Source: Candidatus Cloacimonadota bacterium
Lineage (GTDB): Bacteria > Cloacimonadota > Cloacimonadia > G963667145
DNA: 64,000 nt
Assembly (NCBI GenBank): GCA_963667255.1
Contig: OY762940.1
Span: 1,056,001 to 1,120,000, forward strand
Direction: 5' to 3'
The notes under the pieces are model-generated. The model made no database searches. It saw only the letters and a list, made by a program, of their open reading frames with translations, and was not told where the DNA came from. Shown in pieces: positions 21,583 through 31,660 of this stretch. The position numbers and the translations under genes were made by a program. Numbering within the stretch: position 1 is the stretch's first letter; each line of letters opens with the position of its first letter.

Positions 21583-21599
21583 GTTTTCATTGGGAATAG

Positions 21600-22367
21600 A
21601 TGCATAGATTTAAGAAGCGGTTCGGTCAGCATTTTTTGCGGGATGTGACTGTGATTGATAAGATTGTGGCAAGCACCGATTTGTCTCCAAACGATGAGGT
21701 GTGGGAAGTCGGAGGTGGAGAAGGTGTTTTGACCGAGGCTCTTTTGAAATTTGGGGTCAATCTTACGGTTTTTGAAATTGATTACGATTTGCAGGGAGTT
21801 CTTGAGGAGAAGTTTGCGGATAAAATTAGCCTAGTAAAATCTGATGTGTTGAAGCAAAATTGGGATGAGATTTTATCGGAAAGGGTCAAAGTGGTGGCAA
21901 ATTTGCCGTATAATATCACTTCGCCGTTTTTGTTTAAGGTTATCAAAAATATCGATTATTTTTCCTCTTTGACCGTAATGATACAAAAAGAGGTGGCACA
22001 GCGGATTGTCGCAGCCCCGGGAGATAAAAAATACGGAAGGCTGAGCTTGAAAATGCAGTTTTATTTTGAGGTTAAGAAACTTTTTGATGTTCCCAGTGGC
22101 TCTTTTTATCCTCCTCCCAAGGTCGATTCCAGTGTGATTAGGGCTGTGCCGAGAGCGAATAGACCAAAAGTAGTGGATTTGGATTTGTATATGAAAATCG
22201 TTGATTTGGCTTTCTCCAATAGACGAAAGATGCTACGGGTTAATTTGAAGCCTTTGCTAAGCAAAGAGCAAATCCAAAAGTTAGATTTCGATTTGACCTT
22301 GCGTGGTGAAAAGCTGTCGGAAAACGATTTCGTCGAGCTTACGCGACAAGTTAAGCAGGTGTTGTAA
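21600..22367 (+). CDS. rsmA: 16S rRNA adenine dimethyltransferase
   Basis: KKRFGQHFL, VANLPYNITS, QKEVA, PPPKVDS. Confidence 0.95.
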   Translation: MHRFKKRFGQHFLRDVTVIDKIVASTDLSPNDEVWEVGGGEGVLTEALLKFGVNLTVFEIDYDLQGVLEEKFADKISLVKSDVLKQNWDEILSERVKVVANLPYNITSPFLFKVIKNIDYFSSLTVMIQKEVAQRIVAAPGDKKYGRLSLKMQFYFEVKKLFDVPSGSFYPPPKVDSSVIRAVPRANRPKVVDLDLYMKIVDLAFSNRRKMLRVNLKPLLSKEQIQKLDFDLTLRGEKLSENDFVELTRQVKQVL

Positions 22368-22386
22368 TTTTTATAGGAGAGATAAG

Positions 22387-25197
22387 ATGAAAAAAGTTGT
22401 TTTTGCTGTTTTTATTTTTTCATTTTTTATGTTATTTGCGGGTCAAAAGCAAGATTTGCAATTTATCTTGGGTCTTTGTTCCGACAAAAATTATTCGTTG
22501 GCTAAAACGGAAATCTTGAAGTTTTTGCAAAAATACCCCGATGGTCAGTATAAGCAAAAAGCGATTTATTTATTAGCAGAGGTCTATTATAATTCCAAAG
22601 AGTATGACAAAGCGTTGCAAAGATACGAAGAAGCGGAGAAACTCTTACCGGAATACAACGACAAAATCGTTTTGGGTAGAGCGAAATGTTATTACAATTT
22701 GGGAGAACTTTCCAAGGCGAAAGTGCTTTTGGACGGCTACTCTTACAAGGACAATTTGGAGCAAGTCTATTATTTTCTGTCGCTCATAGCCTACAATCGT
22801 GACGACTTCATTCAGAGTGTTATTCAGAGTAAAAGTTCCTTAGATGCCAAACAAACAGGCTATGCCAGAGTGCAATTGATTTTGAGTTATTTGGCTCTGG
22901 ACAAGCCGGAACAAGCCGCAGAAGAGTTGAACGGCTCCATTCAGGATAAGGAATACGGGCAAAATCTTTTGAACTATCTGTCTTATCTTTTGGGGAAGAA
23001 GCAACACCAAAAGATTGTGGAGCTGAAAGTTGATGAAAGCAAATTGACTCCCAAAGTCTTGGAAAATTACAAAACGATTTTGGGGATTGCCAATTACAAT
23101 TTGAAAAAATATACGGAATCACTTGGGATTTTGCAAAATTTGGAAAATCCCAACGCCAAGTTTTACAAAGCGTTAGTGTATTTGGCTCAAGGAGAGAACG
23201 AGAAGGCGAAAGAGATTTTCTCTGTTTTGAAAAATTCCACAAATCAAGAGATAGAGGCTAACAGCAGTTTCTATTTGGCAAAAATGAAGTCGGAAACTTC
23301 GCCGATGAACGCTATTTACGATTTGAAAAATTTTGTGCAAGCACATCCGTCCCACGAATTTTCCGGTTCAGCTTTTTATCTAATCGGTTGGAACTATTTT
23401 AAACTGAACAAGTTTGTAAAATCAGAATTTTATCTCAAAAAATCTTTGTCGTTTCAGTTGGATAAGCAAATGAGTTCCGACGCAATTTTCTTGTGTGGCG
23501 AGAGTCTGTTTGCTCAGGATAAGCTGCAGGAATCTTTGAAATTTTATCAAGATTATTTGGATGAAAAATCAGGAAACAAATCGTTTGCCGACCAAGCTTA
23601 TTACAAAATAGGTGTAGCTAATTATCGATTGGAAAAAAGCTCTGTGGCTCAAGACAAATTTAAGGCTGTTATAAATCTTTTCCCTAATTCTCTCAAACTT
23701 GCTAGCAGTTATTTTTATCTTGGAGAAATTGAGTTCCAAAACAAAAATTACAAACAAGCCAAAGCGTATTTTTTGCAGTCAATTGGGAAAGAGAAATCGG
23801 AAAGCACCTATTCCCGCTTGGCAGCTACTTGTTACAAATTAGGCGAATTGACGGAATCTTCCGAGTATTTGACAAAAGTGAAAAATGTTAACTTATACGA
23901 AAAATTTCTTTTGGAAGGAGATATTTTCTTTAGTAAACAAAATTTGAATTTGGCACTGGAAAGCTATAACAAGGCTCTGACGGCGAAAAATGCCGATAAG
24001 ACGGAGATAATGGTTAGGATTGCTTCTGTTTACTACAACGGGCAAGATTACGAAAAAGCGTTGCAGATTTATCAAGATTTATACAAAGATAGCCACGATG
24101 TTGATTATTTGTTGAACATTGCCAACATCTATTTTGCCAAGGAAGATTATAAAAATGCCGTGAAGTTTTTCATCTCTTATAAGGAAAAAAGCAAAAGCAC
24201 TTCTCCCGACCTTCTTTTTTCGATAGCGAATTGCTATTATAACGAAGGCGATTATCGTCAGTCGGTTGTTTATTACAAAAGCGTAATCTATCCGCAAAGC
24301 AAATTTTTGCAAGAGGCTTTGGACGGTTTGGTTTGGGCAGGTTCGTGTGATTCTGCGATTGCGGTCGAGAGCGAGCTTAATCAATTGTTTGCCAAATATT
24401 CGGATAACTCTTTCAAATCCGATATAATGATGAAAAAAATAAACTATTTTCAAAATCAGCAAAATCCAACTAAGACCGTAGATGCCTGTAAGGAGTTTTT
24501 GTCCGTTAAGCCACAAGATTTGCAGGTTAATTTGATTCTGTCAAAAAATTATGCTTTGTTGGGCGAATACAAAAAAGCGGATAATGTCCTGAGTGTGTGC
24601 AAGACGGATGATCCGGAAGTGATACTTAGTTGGGCGAAGTTGAAATTGAAGCAAAACGATACTTTGGGTGCTCTTGAGAAATTGCAAAAAGGTGCACTTT
24701 CCGCTAAAAATCAGCCGATTTGGTTGGAATATTTGAGGCTTCTGTCGCTAAAAGTCAGTCCGATTTTTGAGAGCAAATTTGCTGAGTTCTCTTCGTTTGC
24801 AAACCAAGTCTATTTGCAACAGGCGAAGATTTATAAGGTTGACTATCTGATACGAAGCAAAGATTATCCGAAAGCGACCGTTTTGGTCAATGAGTTGCGA
24901 GGCAGTAAATATGAGGAAATTGTCAGTAAAGCGGGTTATTTTTTGGGACTGATTTATTACGAACAGCAACAGTATAAAGAGGCTGTGATTGAGTTTTTGA
25001 AAACCGTTTACCTCTTTCCCGATAGGCAAGATTTGGCTTTGCAGGCTAATGTGAAAGCGATTTATTGCTACTATTATCTCAAAGACCCGTCAAGAGCAAC
25101 AATCATATATGATAAAATTAAAAATAACTTGACTGAAAAAATGGCGAAAGAGATTGCCTTTATGTTGGGGGTGACTTATGAGAAAGATAATATTTAG
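22387..25197 (+). CDS. Large exported tetratricopeptide repeat protein
   Basis: SD AGGAG then MKK signal peptide at 22387; many TPR repeats. Confidence 0.82.
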   Translation: MKKVVFAVFIFSFFMLFAGQKQDLQFILGLCSDKNYSLAKTEILKFLQKYPDGQYKQKAIYLLAEVYYNSKEYDKALQRYEEAEKLLPEYNDKIVLGRAKCYYNLGELSKAKVLLDGYSYKDNLEQVYYFLSLIAYNRDDFIQSVIQSKSSLDAKQTGYARVQLILSYLALDKPEQAAEELNGSIQDKEYGQNLLNYLSYLLGKKQHQKIVELKVDESKLTPKVLENYKTILGIANYNLKKYTESLGILQNLENPNAKFYKALVYLAQGENEKAKEIFSVLKNSTNQEIEANSSFYLAKMKSETSPMNAIYDLKNFVQAHPSHEFSGSAFYLIGWNYFKLNKFVKSEFYLKKSLSFQLDKQMSSDAIFLCGESLFAQDKLQESLKFYQDYLDEKSGNKSFADQAYYKIGVANYRLEKSSVAQDKFKAVINLFPNSLKLASSYFYLGEIEFQNKNYKQAKAYFLQSIGKEKSESTYSRLAATCYKLGELTESSEYLTKVKNVNLYEKFLLEGDIFFSKQNLNLALESYNKALTAKNADKTEIMVRIASVYYNGQDYEKALQIYQDLYKDSHDVDYLLNIANIYFAKEDYKNAVKFFISYKEKSKSTSPDLLFSIANCYYNEGDYRQSVVYYKSVIYPQSKFLQEALDGLVWAGSCDSAIAVESELNQLFAKYSDNSFKSDIMMKKINYFQNQQNPTKTVDACKEFLSVKPQDLQVNLILSKNYALLGEYKKADNVLSVCKTDDPEVILSWAKLKLKQNDTLGALEKLQKGALSAKNQPIWLEYLRLLSLKVSPIFESKFAEFSSFANQVYLQQAKIYKVDYLIRSKDYPKATVLVNELRGSKYEEIVSKAGYFLGLIYYEQQQYKEAVIEFLKTVYLFPDRQDLALQANVKAIYCYYYLKDPSRATIIYDKIKNNLTEKMAKEIAFMLGVTYEKDNI

Positions 25198-25882
25198 TTT
25201 ATTTTTTATCTGTTTTTCTTGTTTGTTGTTTGCTCAAATCTCTTCGAGCAAAGCGAGTGAGTATTATACTCAAAAAAAATATCAGGCTGCATTGCAGGAA
25301 TATTTCAACTTGCCGGAAAATGCCGATACTTACTACAATATCGGTAATTGCTATTACAAATTGGGAGATTATGGGAAAGCTATTCTTTTCTATCATCGTG
25401 CGTTAAGACTAAATCCCAATTCTTGGCAGATTTTGAAAAATCTACAAATTGCCGAGAAAACCCTTTTGGATAAGCCTGTTGAGTTGACCAAAATGGAAAA
25501 ATTGTGGGAGCAAGCGGATAGGCTCTTGTCACTAAATGCGTTGGCTTTGCTTATCTTGGCTTTGCTGTTCATTATGTGTGTTTTTTGGATAGTTGCGGTT
25601 TACAAGCCTCGCATCAGATATTTGTCGTTTCTTTCGCTTTTGGTTTGCTTGGCTTTTGGATATTTTGCGTTTCAAAAGCACGAAGCGATGAAATCTGAGG
25701 CAGTTTTGATTGCCGATGAGGCTACGGGGTATAGTGGTCCTGCGGAAGATTTTAAGACTGTTTTCACTATTCACGAAGGCAATTTTTTCACGGTGCTTGA
25801 GCAAGATGGTCTTTGGAGCAAAATCAAGCTGAAACAAGGGTTTGTAGCTTGGATTAAATCGGAAAATTTAGAAAAAATATAA
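25178..25882 (+). CDS. BatE-like protein (TPR + TM + SH3-like domain)
   Basis: YYNIGNCYYKLG...ALRLNP, two TM helices, IHEG...WSKI...WIK C-terminus. Confidence 0.78.
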   Translation: MRKIIFSLFFICFSCLLFAQISSSKASEYYTQKKYQAALQEYFNLPENADTYYNIGNCYYKLGDYGKAILFYHRALRLNPNSWQILKNLQIAEKTLLDKPVELTKMEKLWEQADRLLSLNALALLILALLFIMCVFWIVAVYKPRIRYLSFLSLLVCLAFGYFAFQKHEAMKSEAVLIADEATGYSGPAEDFKTVFTIHEGNFFTVLEQDGLWSKIKLKQGFVAWIKSENLEKI

Positions 25883-25902
25883 ATAGTTTAAAGGAGATTC
25901 AG

Positions 25903-27141
25903 ATGGCAAAAATTAGAGGAATTAGGGGATTGCGTCCAGCGTTGGATAAGGTGGATAAGGTAGCTTCAAGACCTTATGATGTGCTCAATTCTGCTGAAGC
26001 GAGGGTAGAGGCAAAGGGCAACCCTTATAGTTTTTTGCATGTGGTCAAACCGGAGATAGATTTGCCGGAAAGTGTTGATTTGTATTCCGACGAGGTTTAT
26101 CGAAAAGGGAAAGAAAATCTTTATCGTTTTTACGAAGAAGGCGTATTTGTCAGAGATGAGAAGCCCACGATGTATGTTTACAAGCTTGTTTGGAAAAGCG
26201 TTTGCCAAATTGGCTTGGTGGTAGGTGCATCTGTGGAAGATTATGAAAACGACATTATCAAAAAGCACGAGAAAACCCGTTCTGACAAAGAAGCTGACAG
26301 AGTAAAACATGTTGAGACGCAAAACGCTAACGCTGGACCGATTTTTTTGACTTATCGTGACAAGGCTGAAATTGACAAAATTATCAATAAAGAGATGGAG
26401 AGTGCACCTTTATACGATTTTGACTGTGGCGATGGCGTGCAACACACTCTTTGGAAAATTTCTGACGATGGAGTCATCGCAAAGTTAAAAAGTGAATTTG
26501 CCAAGATAGACTATTTGTATGTAGCAGACGGACATCATCGCTCCGCCAGTGCCGCTATAGTTGGCAAACGCAAAAGGGACGCTAATCCCAATCATACAGG
26601 TGATGAAGGTTACAATTTCTTTTTGTCCGTTTTGTTCCCTGCATCTCATTTGTATATAATGGATTATAACAGAATTGTGCAAGATTTGAATGGCTATTCT
26701 GTTGACGAGTTTTTGTCCAAAGTGAAAGAGAAATTTGTAGTGGAGAAACTTTCAGGTGAACAAAAACCGAGCAAAATGCACGAATTTTCTATGTATTTGG
26801 CAGGAAGTTGGTATAAGCTCACAGCCCAAGCGGAGATAATTGACAATAGCAGTGTTATAGGTGTTTTGGACACTTCTATCTTGCAGGATAATCTTTTGGA
26901 GCCTCTGTTGGACATCCAAGACCCCAAGACTAGTAAGCGAATCGATTTTGTCGGTGGCATCAGAGGTTTGGGAGAACTCTCCAAGAGAGTTGACAATGGC
27001 GAGGCAGTTGCTTTCGCTTTATATCCTACTTCTATCAAGCAACTTATGGATATTGCCGATGCAGGCAAAATAATGCCTCCTAAATCTACTTGGTTTGAGC
27101 CGAAACTCAGATCAGGTTTGGTGGTAAATCTTTTAGATTAA
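25903..27141 (+). CDS. DUF1015 family protein
   Basis: PYDV, IKKHEKT, YVADGHHR, MPPKSTWFEPKLRSG. Confidence 0.9.
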   Translation: MAKIRGIRGLRPALDKVDKVASRPYDVLNSAEARVEAKGNPYSFLHVVKPEIDLPESVDLYSDEVYRKGKENLYRFYEEGVFVRDEKPTMYVYKLVWKSVCQIGLVVGASVEDYENDIIKKHEKTRSDKEADRVKHVETQNANAGPIFLTYRDKAEIDKIINKEMESAPLYDFDCGDGVQHTLWKISDDGVIAKLKSEFAKIDYLYVADGHHRSASAAIVGKRKRDANPNHTGDEGYNFFLSVLFPASHLYIMDYNRIVQDLNGYSVDEFLSKVKEKFVVEKLSGEQKPSKMHEFSMYLAGSWYKLTAQAEIIDNSSVIGVLDTSILQDNLLEPLLDIQDPKTSKRIDFVGGIRGLGELSKRVDNGEAVAFALYPTSIKQLMDIADAGKIMPPKSTWFEPKLRSGLVVNLLD

Positions 27142-27213
27142 ATTTGGAATGTTTATTTTTCACGCCTTGACGATTTGGTTCGGCAGGGCGTTGTTTTTTT
27201 GGAGAGTTGGAGA

Positions 27214-27831
27214 ATGAATATAATTTTTGATTATTTAGGACTTGCTGGAGCGTTTGTTATGGCTGTCTCTGGGACTTTGACGGCGATGCAGAAGAGGTTT
27301 GATATTTTTGGCATCGTTATTATCGCTTTTGTTACAGCAGTCGGTGGAGGAACTCTCAGGGATATGCTAATCAATGGTAGGTCTGTTTTTTGGTTGCACG
27401 ATTTACTTTATATTTATGCCATTTTTGCGGGGACGATTTTTGCCATTATTTTCAGAAATTATTTGAGTTATCTTCGACAAACTTTTTTGGTCTTTGATGC
27501 CGCAGGATTGGCACTTTTTACCATTTTGGGTGTTCAGATAGGAATTGATTTTAGCTTAGATTTTTTGGTTTGCATCATTTTGGGAACTGTTACGGGAGCA
27601 TTTGGAGGGATTTTGCGGGACATTTTTGTTGGCGATGTTCCTATCATTTTCAAGCAAGAAATTTATGCCACCATTTCTATACTGGGAGGAGCGTTCTTTT
27701 ATCTGCTCGATAGTTATTGTGATTTGGTGTATTTGACCAAAATTTTACCCATAATTTTCATTATAGTCAGCAGAGTGATTGTGGTGCGTTACAAAATACA
27801 TCTTCCGTGTTTTACTCTAAAGGAAAAATGA
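27214..27831 (+). CDS. Trimeric intracellular cation channel (UPF0126) family membrane protein
   Basis: Two repeats: TAVGGGTLRD and TGAFGGILRD. Confidence 0.88.
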   Translation: MNIIFDYLGLAGAFVMAVSGTLTAMQKRFDIFGIVIIAFVTAVGGGTLRDMLINGRSVFWLHDLLYIYAIFAGTIFAIIFRNYLSYLRQTFLVFDAAGLALFTILGVQIGIDFSLDFLVCIILGTVTGAFGGILRDIFVGDVPIIFKQEIYATISILGGAFFYLLDSYCDLVYLTKILPIIFIIVSRVIVVRYKIHLPCFTLKEK

Positions 27832-27852
27832 TTGTGGTTTCATATCAATAAA

Positions 27853-27877
27853 AAAAGAGCCGATTTTCGGCTCTTTT
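27853..27877. terminator. Bidirectional intrinsic terminator
   Basis: AAAAGAGCCGA-TTT-TCGGCTCTTTT perfect hairpin between convergent genes. Confidence 0.8.
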
Positions 27878-27894
27878 AGTTGTCTAAAACTTAA

Positions 27895-28827
27895 TTAGTC
27901 TCTATTTTCTCTAAAATAAGGTATTCCCAAAGATTTTGGAGTTTGGGAAATTCTCCCTCTCAGGTTAACATAAAGCAAGAAAACTATAGTCGCAAGATAG
28001 GGAATAGTGTTCAAAAGGAAAGTCGGCACATGAAATCCCATCGCTTGAAGTCGTGGTTGCATAGCTTCCAAAATTCCGAAAAGGAAAGCCCCGCCGAAAG
28101 CGTAATAAGGATTCCAGTTGGCGAAAATAACCAAAGCGATAACAATCCAACCTTTCCCCGAGGTCATCTTTTCCACCCAAAACGGAGTGTAGCAAAGGGA
28201 AAGATATGCTCCGGCAATACCTGCCAAAAATCCTCCGAAAATAGTGCAAAGATATCTGATTTTAATAACATGTATTCCCATGATTTCGCTGGCGAGAGGC
28301 TCTTCTCCTGCGGATTTTACGCCGAGTCCGTATTTGGTTTTGTTGAGGAAAATCCAAGCACAAATCACCAAAACATAGCTAAGGTAAACCAAAATATTTT
28401 GGTCAAAAAATACCAGTCCGATAAGTGGAATTTTGGACAAAAGAGGAATGGCAAGATTGGGAAGATGATGAGACAGAGATTTGCCGATTAGCTCTTCACC
28501 CAACATAGCACTAAGCCCTGTGCCAAAAGTGGTTAAAGCAATTCCAGTTACATATTGGTTTGTTCTCAGAGTGATGGTCAAAAAAGCGAAAATCAAAGAG
28601 AGTAACAAACCTACAACTCCCGCTAAAAGTATTCCGAGAGCAATGCTATTGTAGTGAAAGGCTGTTCCAAACCCGACACATGCTCCCATAAGCATCATTC
28701 CTTCTATACCAAGGTTACAAATTCCGGATTTCTCCGTGATAATTTCCCCGATAGTGGCGAACAGGACAACCGTGCCACTGGCGACACCTGTAATCAATAT
28801 AGATTGTAAAACTGTATACCAACTCAT
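27895..28827 (-). CDS. Nucleoside/sugar ABC transporter permease
   Basis: EKSGICNLGIEGMML, GKGWIVIALV, PYLAT. Confidence 0.9.
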   Translation of the reverse strand: MSWYTVLQSILITGVASGTVVLFATIGEIITEKSGICNLGIEGMMLMGACVGFGTAFHYNSIALGILLAGVVGLLLSLIFAFLTITLRTNQYVTGIALTTFGTGLSAMLGEELIGKSLSHHLPNLAIPLLSKIPLIGLVFFDQNILVYLSYVLVICAWIFLNKTKYGLGVKSAGEEPLASEIMGIHVIKIRYLCTIFGGFLAGIAGAYLSLCYTPFWVEKMTSGKGWIVIALVIFANWNPYYAFGGAFLFGILEAMQPRLQAMGFHVPTFLLNTIPYLATIVFLLYVNLRGRISQTPKSLGIPYFRENRD

Positions 28828-28828
28828 A

Positions 28829-29893
28829 TTACTTTCTCTCCTTTCCTACCACTTTGATGTTATAGTTTTTGAAAATTTCGCTACCCAAAATTGCGAATAA
28901 AATAATCCCTTGAGCGATAGTTCCCATAGATGCGGGCAGACCCATCAACATTTCCAACATCTCCGAAGCTGTGATGACAGCACTCATAAAGAGGGCATAA
29001 ACGACAATCCCAACTGGATTGGCACGGGCAAGCCAAGCAACGATAATTCCTGTGAAGCCGTAACCCATGGAAAGCTGGTGTTGCAGTTTATATTGAACTC
29101 CGGCAACTTCACTCATTCCGGCAAGTCCGGCAAGCAAGCCACTTACCAAAAAGACAGAAAACATAATTCTCTTAACATTGATTCCCGAGTAAGTTGCGGA
29201 TTTTGTGGACGCTCCTGTAATGCGAACTTTGTATCCCCACGAAGAGTATTTTATGAGCACATAGATAATGACAGTGGCTATTATGGCTAAAATCAAACCA
29301 GAGTGAACTCTCTCAAATCCAAGGAGAGGTAATTGTGCTTGCAGAGGGAATTCGGGTGTAAAAGGATAGTTGTCTTCATTTTTCCAAATACCGAAAATCA
29401 AATGGTCAACCAAATAAACAGCAACATAGTTTAGGAGCAGAGTTGTGATAATCTCGTCAACTTTGAACCGAATTTTTAGAACCGCAGGAATAAATGCCCA
29501 AAACGCACCTCCGATACCACCAGCGACAACCATTACAGTTAATTCGACAAATCTCGGCATAGTGGGCAAGTGCATTACTATGGCGGTAGCGAACATAGCT
29601 CCGATGTAGAGTTGTCCGTCGGCACCGATATTCCAAACCTTACTGGTGAGAGCTATACCAACAGCCAGCCCACAAAACAAAAGAGGAGTGGCTTTTACCA
29701 AAACTTCGCTTAGTCCGTATTCTGTAAAAAGAGTAGTGTCTATAGAGACCCAAAAAGCCTCAAGCGGATTTACACCTTTGAGAGCCACTATGATGCCGCA
29801 AACAATGAAAGCAATACAAATGGCAATCAAGGAGATACCTACATCCATTTTGGCACTTACTCTTTCTTTTTGGATTAATTTTAATTTCATCAT
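28829..29893 (-). CDS. Nucleoside/sugar ABC transporter permease
   Basis: WNIGADGQLYIG, EIITTLLLNY, GFTGIIVAWLA. Confidence 0.9.
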   Translation of the reverse strand: MMKLKLIQKERVSAKMDVGISLIAICIAFIVCGIIVALKGVNPLEAFWVSIDTTLFTEYGLSEVLVKATPLLFCGLAVGIALTSKVWNIGADGQLYIGAMFATAIVMHLPTMPRFVELTVMVVAGGIGGAFWAFIPAVLKIRFKVDEIITTLLLNYVAVYLVDHLIFGIWKNEDNYPFTPEFPLQAQLPLLGFERVHSGLILAIIATVIIYVLIKYSSWGYKVRITGASTKSATYSGINVKRIMFSVFLVSGLLAGLAGMSEVAGVQYKLQHQLSMGYGFTGIIVAWLARANPVGIVVYALFMSAVITASEMLEMLMGLPASMGTIAQGIILFAILGSEIFKNYNIKVVGKERK

Positions 29894-29907
29894 TAGTTAA
29901 GCTCCTT

Positions 29908-31428
29908 TTATTTATCCAAATCTTCTTGATGAGTTCCACTCATCATCAAACCGATTTCGCTGATGTCATATTCGCCGTTTTTGAACTGACCCATGAATTT
30001 TCCTTCATACATCACAGCCAACTTATCAGCAAGTCCGAAAAGCTCATCAAAATCGCTGGAAACCAATAAGATAGATTTCCCTTGATTCCGCAAATCCAAG
30101 AGTGCTTTTCTAACAAAATCTGTCGCACCTACATCCAAGCCTCTGGTAGGGTAGGAGCAGATAAAAAGGTCGCTTCCTGCTTCGATTTCCCGACCGATAA
30201 TAATTTTTTGCAGGTTTCCTCCGGAGAGCAAAACAGCAGGGAAGTTCATCCCGGGGTGCAAAACATCGTATTTTTTCAAAATATTGCAAGCGGTGTAATC
30301 TTTCAGTAAATTGATTCTTAAGAAATTTCTTTTTTGGTAGCCGGCTTTTCGATAAATTTTACTCACGGAATTTTCCCAAATAGGTCTATTCCCAGCCACT
30401 CCCACATTCACTCTGTCGCTGGGCACATAGCTGATTCCGGCATCTATTCTCTGGCAAATACTACAGTTTGAAATATCCTTTCCGTTAAGAGAAATTTTCC
30501 CCGATTTAATAGGTATAATTCCCATAATGGCTTCCATCAATTCAAGTTGTCCATTACCGGTAACACCAGCAATCCCCAAAATCTCGCCCTTTTTGATGTC
30601 GAAGCTGACATTGTCCACAGTAGGCACTCTCTCTCCGACAGTTAAATTTTCGACAGCGATAGTGCATTCAGAAGAATTAATCTCTTTGCGGTCGAAGATG
30701 ATTGTCTCTTTTTCCCCGACCATCATTACCGACAGTTCTTTGGGCTCAACATCTTTTGTAGCAATAGTGCCGATTTTGTCTCCTTTACGCATAACCGTAA
30801 TCGTGTCGGCAACTTTGAAAACTTCCGGCATTTTGTGAGTAATAAAGATTACACCCTTGCCAGTTGAGGCAATTTTTTTGAAAGTTTCCAACAAGTTGTC
30901 GGCTTCTTGCTTGGTAAGCACGGTGGTAGGTTCATCAACTATCAATACCTTTACATCGCGAACCAGCATTTTCAGAATTTCAGCTTTTTGTCTCACACCG
31001 ATAGGGACTTGGTCGCATCTGGCATCCCAATCAAGTTTGAAATCGAATTTTTTGGCATACTCCATGATTAACTCTTTGCGTTCTTTCATGTTAAGCCAAA
31101 CCTTATTCGAGGGCAAACCCAAAATTATATTTTCCAAAATGGTAAGACTGCCCACGAGGGAAAGTCTCTGGTGAACCATACCAATACCTTTTTGCAAGGC
31201 TTCACCAGGAAAATTTAATTTGAAAGGTTTTCCGTCAAATTCGATAGTGCCGGAATCTTGTTGGTAAACGCCTGTTAATATATTCATCAAAGTCGTTTTA
31301 CCGGCACCGTTTTCGCCGAGCAGGGCGTGAATCTCGCCCTTTTTGAGAACAAAATCAATATCGCTGTTGGCTTTGTTGCCAAAGAAACTTTTATTGATTT
31401 TATTCATTTTTACTAAAATGTCACTCAA
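29908..31428 (-). CDS. Nucleoside/sugar ABC transporter ATP-binding protein (tandem ATPase)
   Basis: GENGAGKTT, DEPT, LSGGNLQK, PTRGLDVGA. Confidence 0.93.
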   Translation of the reverse strand: MSDILVKMNKINKSFFGNKANSDIDFVLKKGEIHALLGENGAGKTTLMNILTGVYQQDSGTIEFDGKPFKLNFPGEALQKGIGMVHQRLSLVGSLTILENIILGLPSNKVWLNMKERKELIMEYAKKFDFKLDWDARCDQVPIGVRQKAEILKMLVRDVKVLIVDEPTTVLTKQEADNLLETFKKIASTGKGVIFITHKMPEVFKVADTITVMRKGDKIGTIATKDVEPKELSVMMVGEKETIIFDRKEINSSECTIAVENLTVGERVPTVDNVSFDIKKGEILGIAGVTGNGQLELMEAIMGIIPIKSGKISLNGKDISNCSICQRIDAGISYVPSDRVNVGVAGNRPIWENSVSKIYRKAGYQKRNFLRINLLKDYTACNILKKYDVLHPGMNFPAVLLSGGNLQKIIIGREIEAGSDLFICSYPTRGLDVGATDFVRKALLDLRNQGKSILLVSSDFDELFGLADKLAVMYEGKFMGQFKNGEYDISEIGLMMSGTHQEDLDK

Positions 31429-31660
31429 ACTTCCTCCTAATCAAACAGTTATTAATCAAAATATTACAACATCTTGACCATACAAAGCAATGACAAAAAT
31501 AGTGGCAAGGAAAAATTCTAAATTTTGACCCCTCTATTTTTCGGACTAAAAATTCATATGTGATAAAAAAATCGTTAATATATTTAGTAAAAAATGTTTG
31601 ACATATAAAAAGGAATTTTCTCAAATTGACAAAGAAATATCACATAACAAGGAGATGATG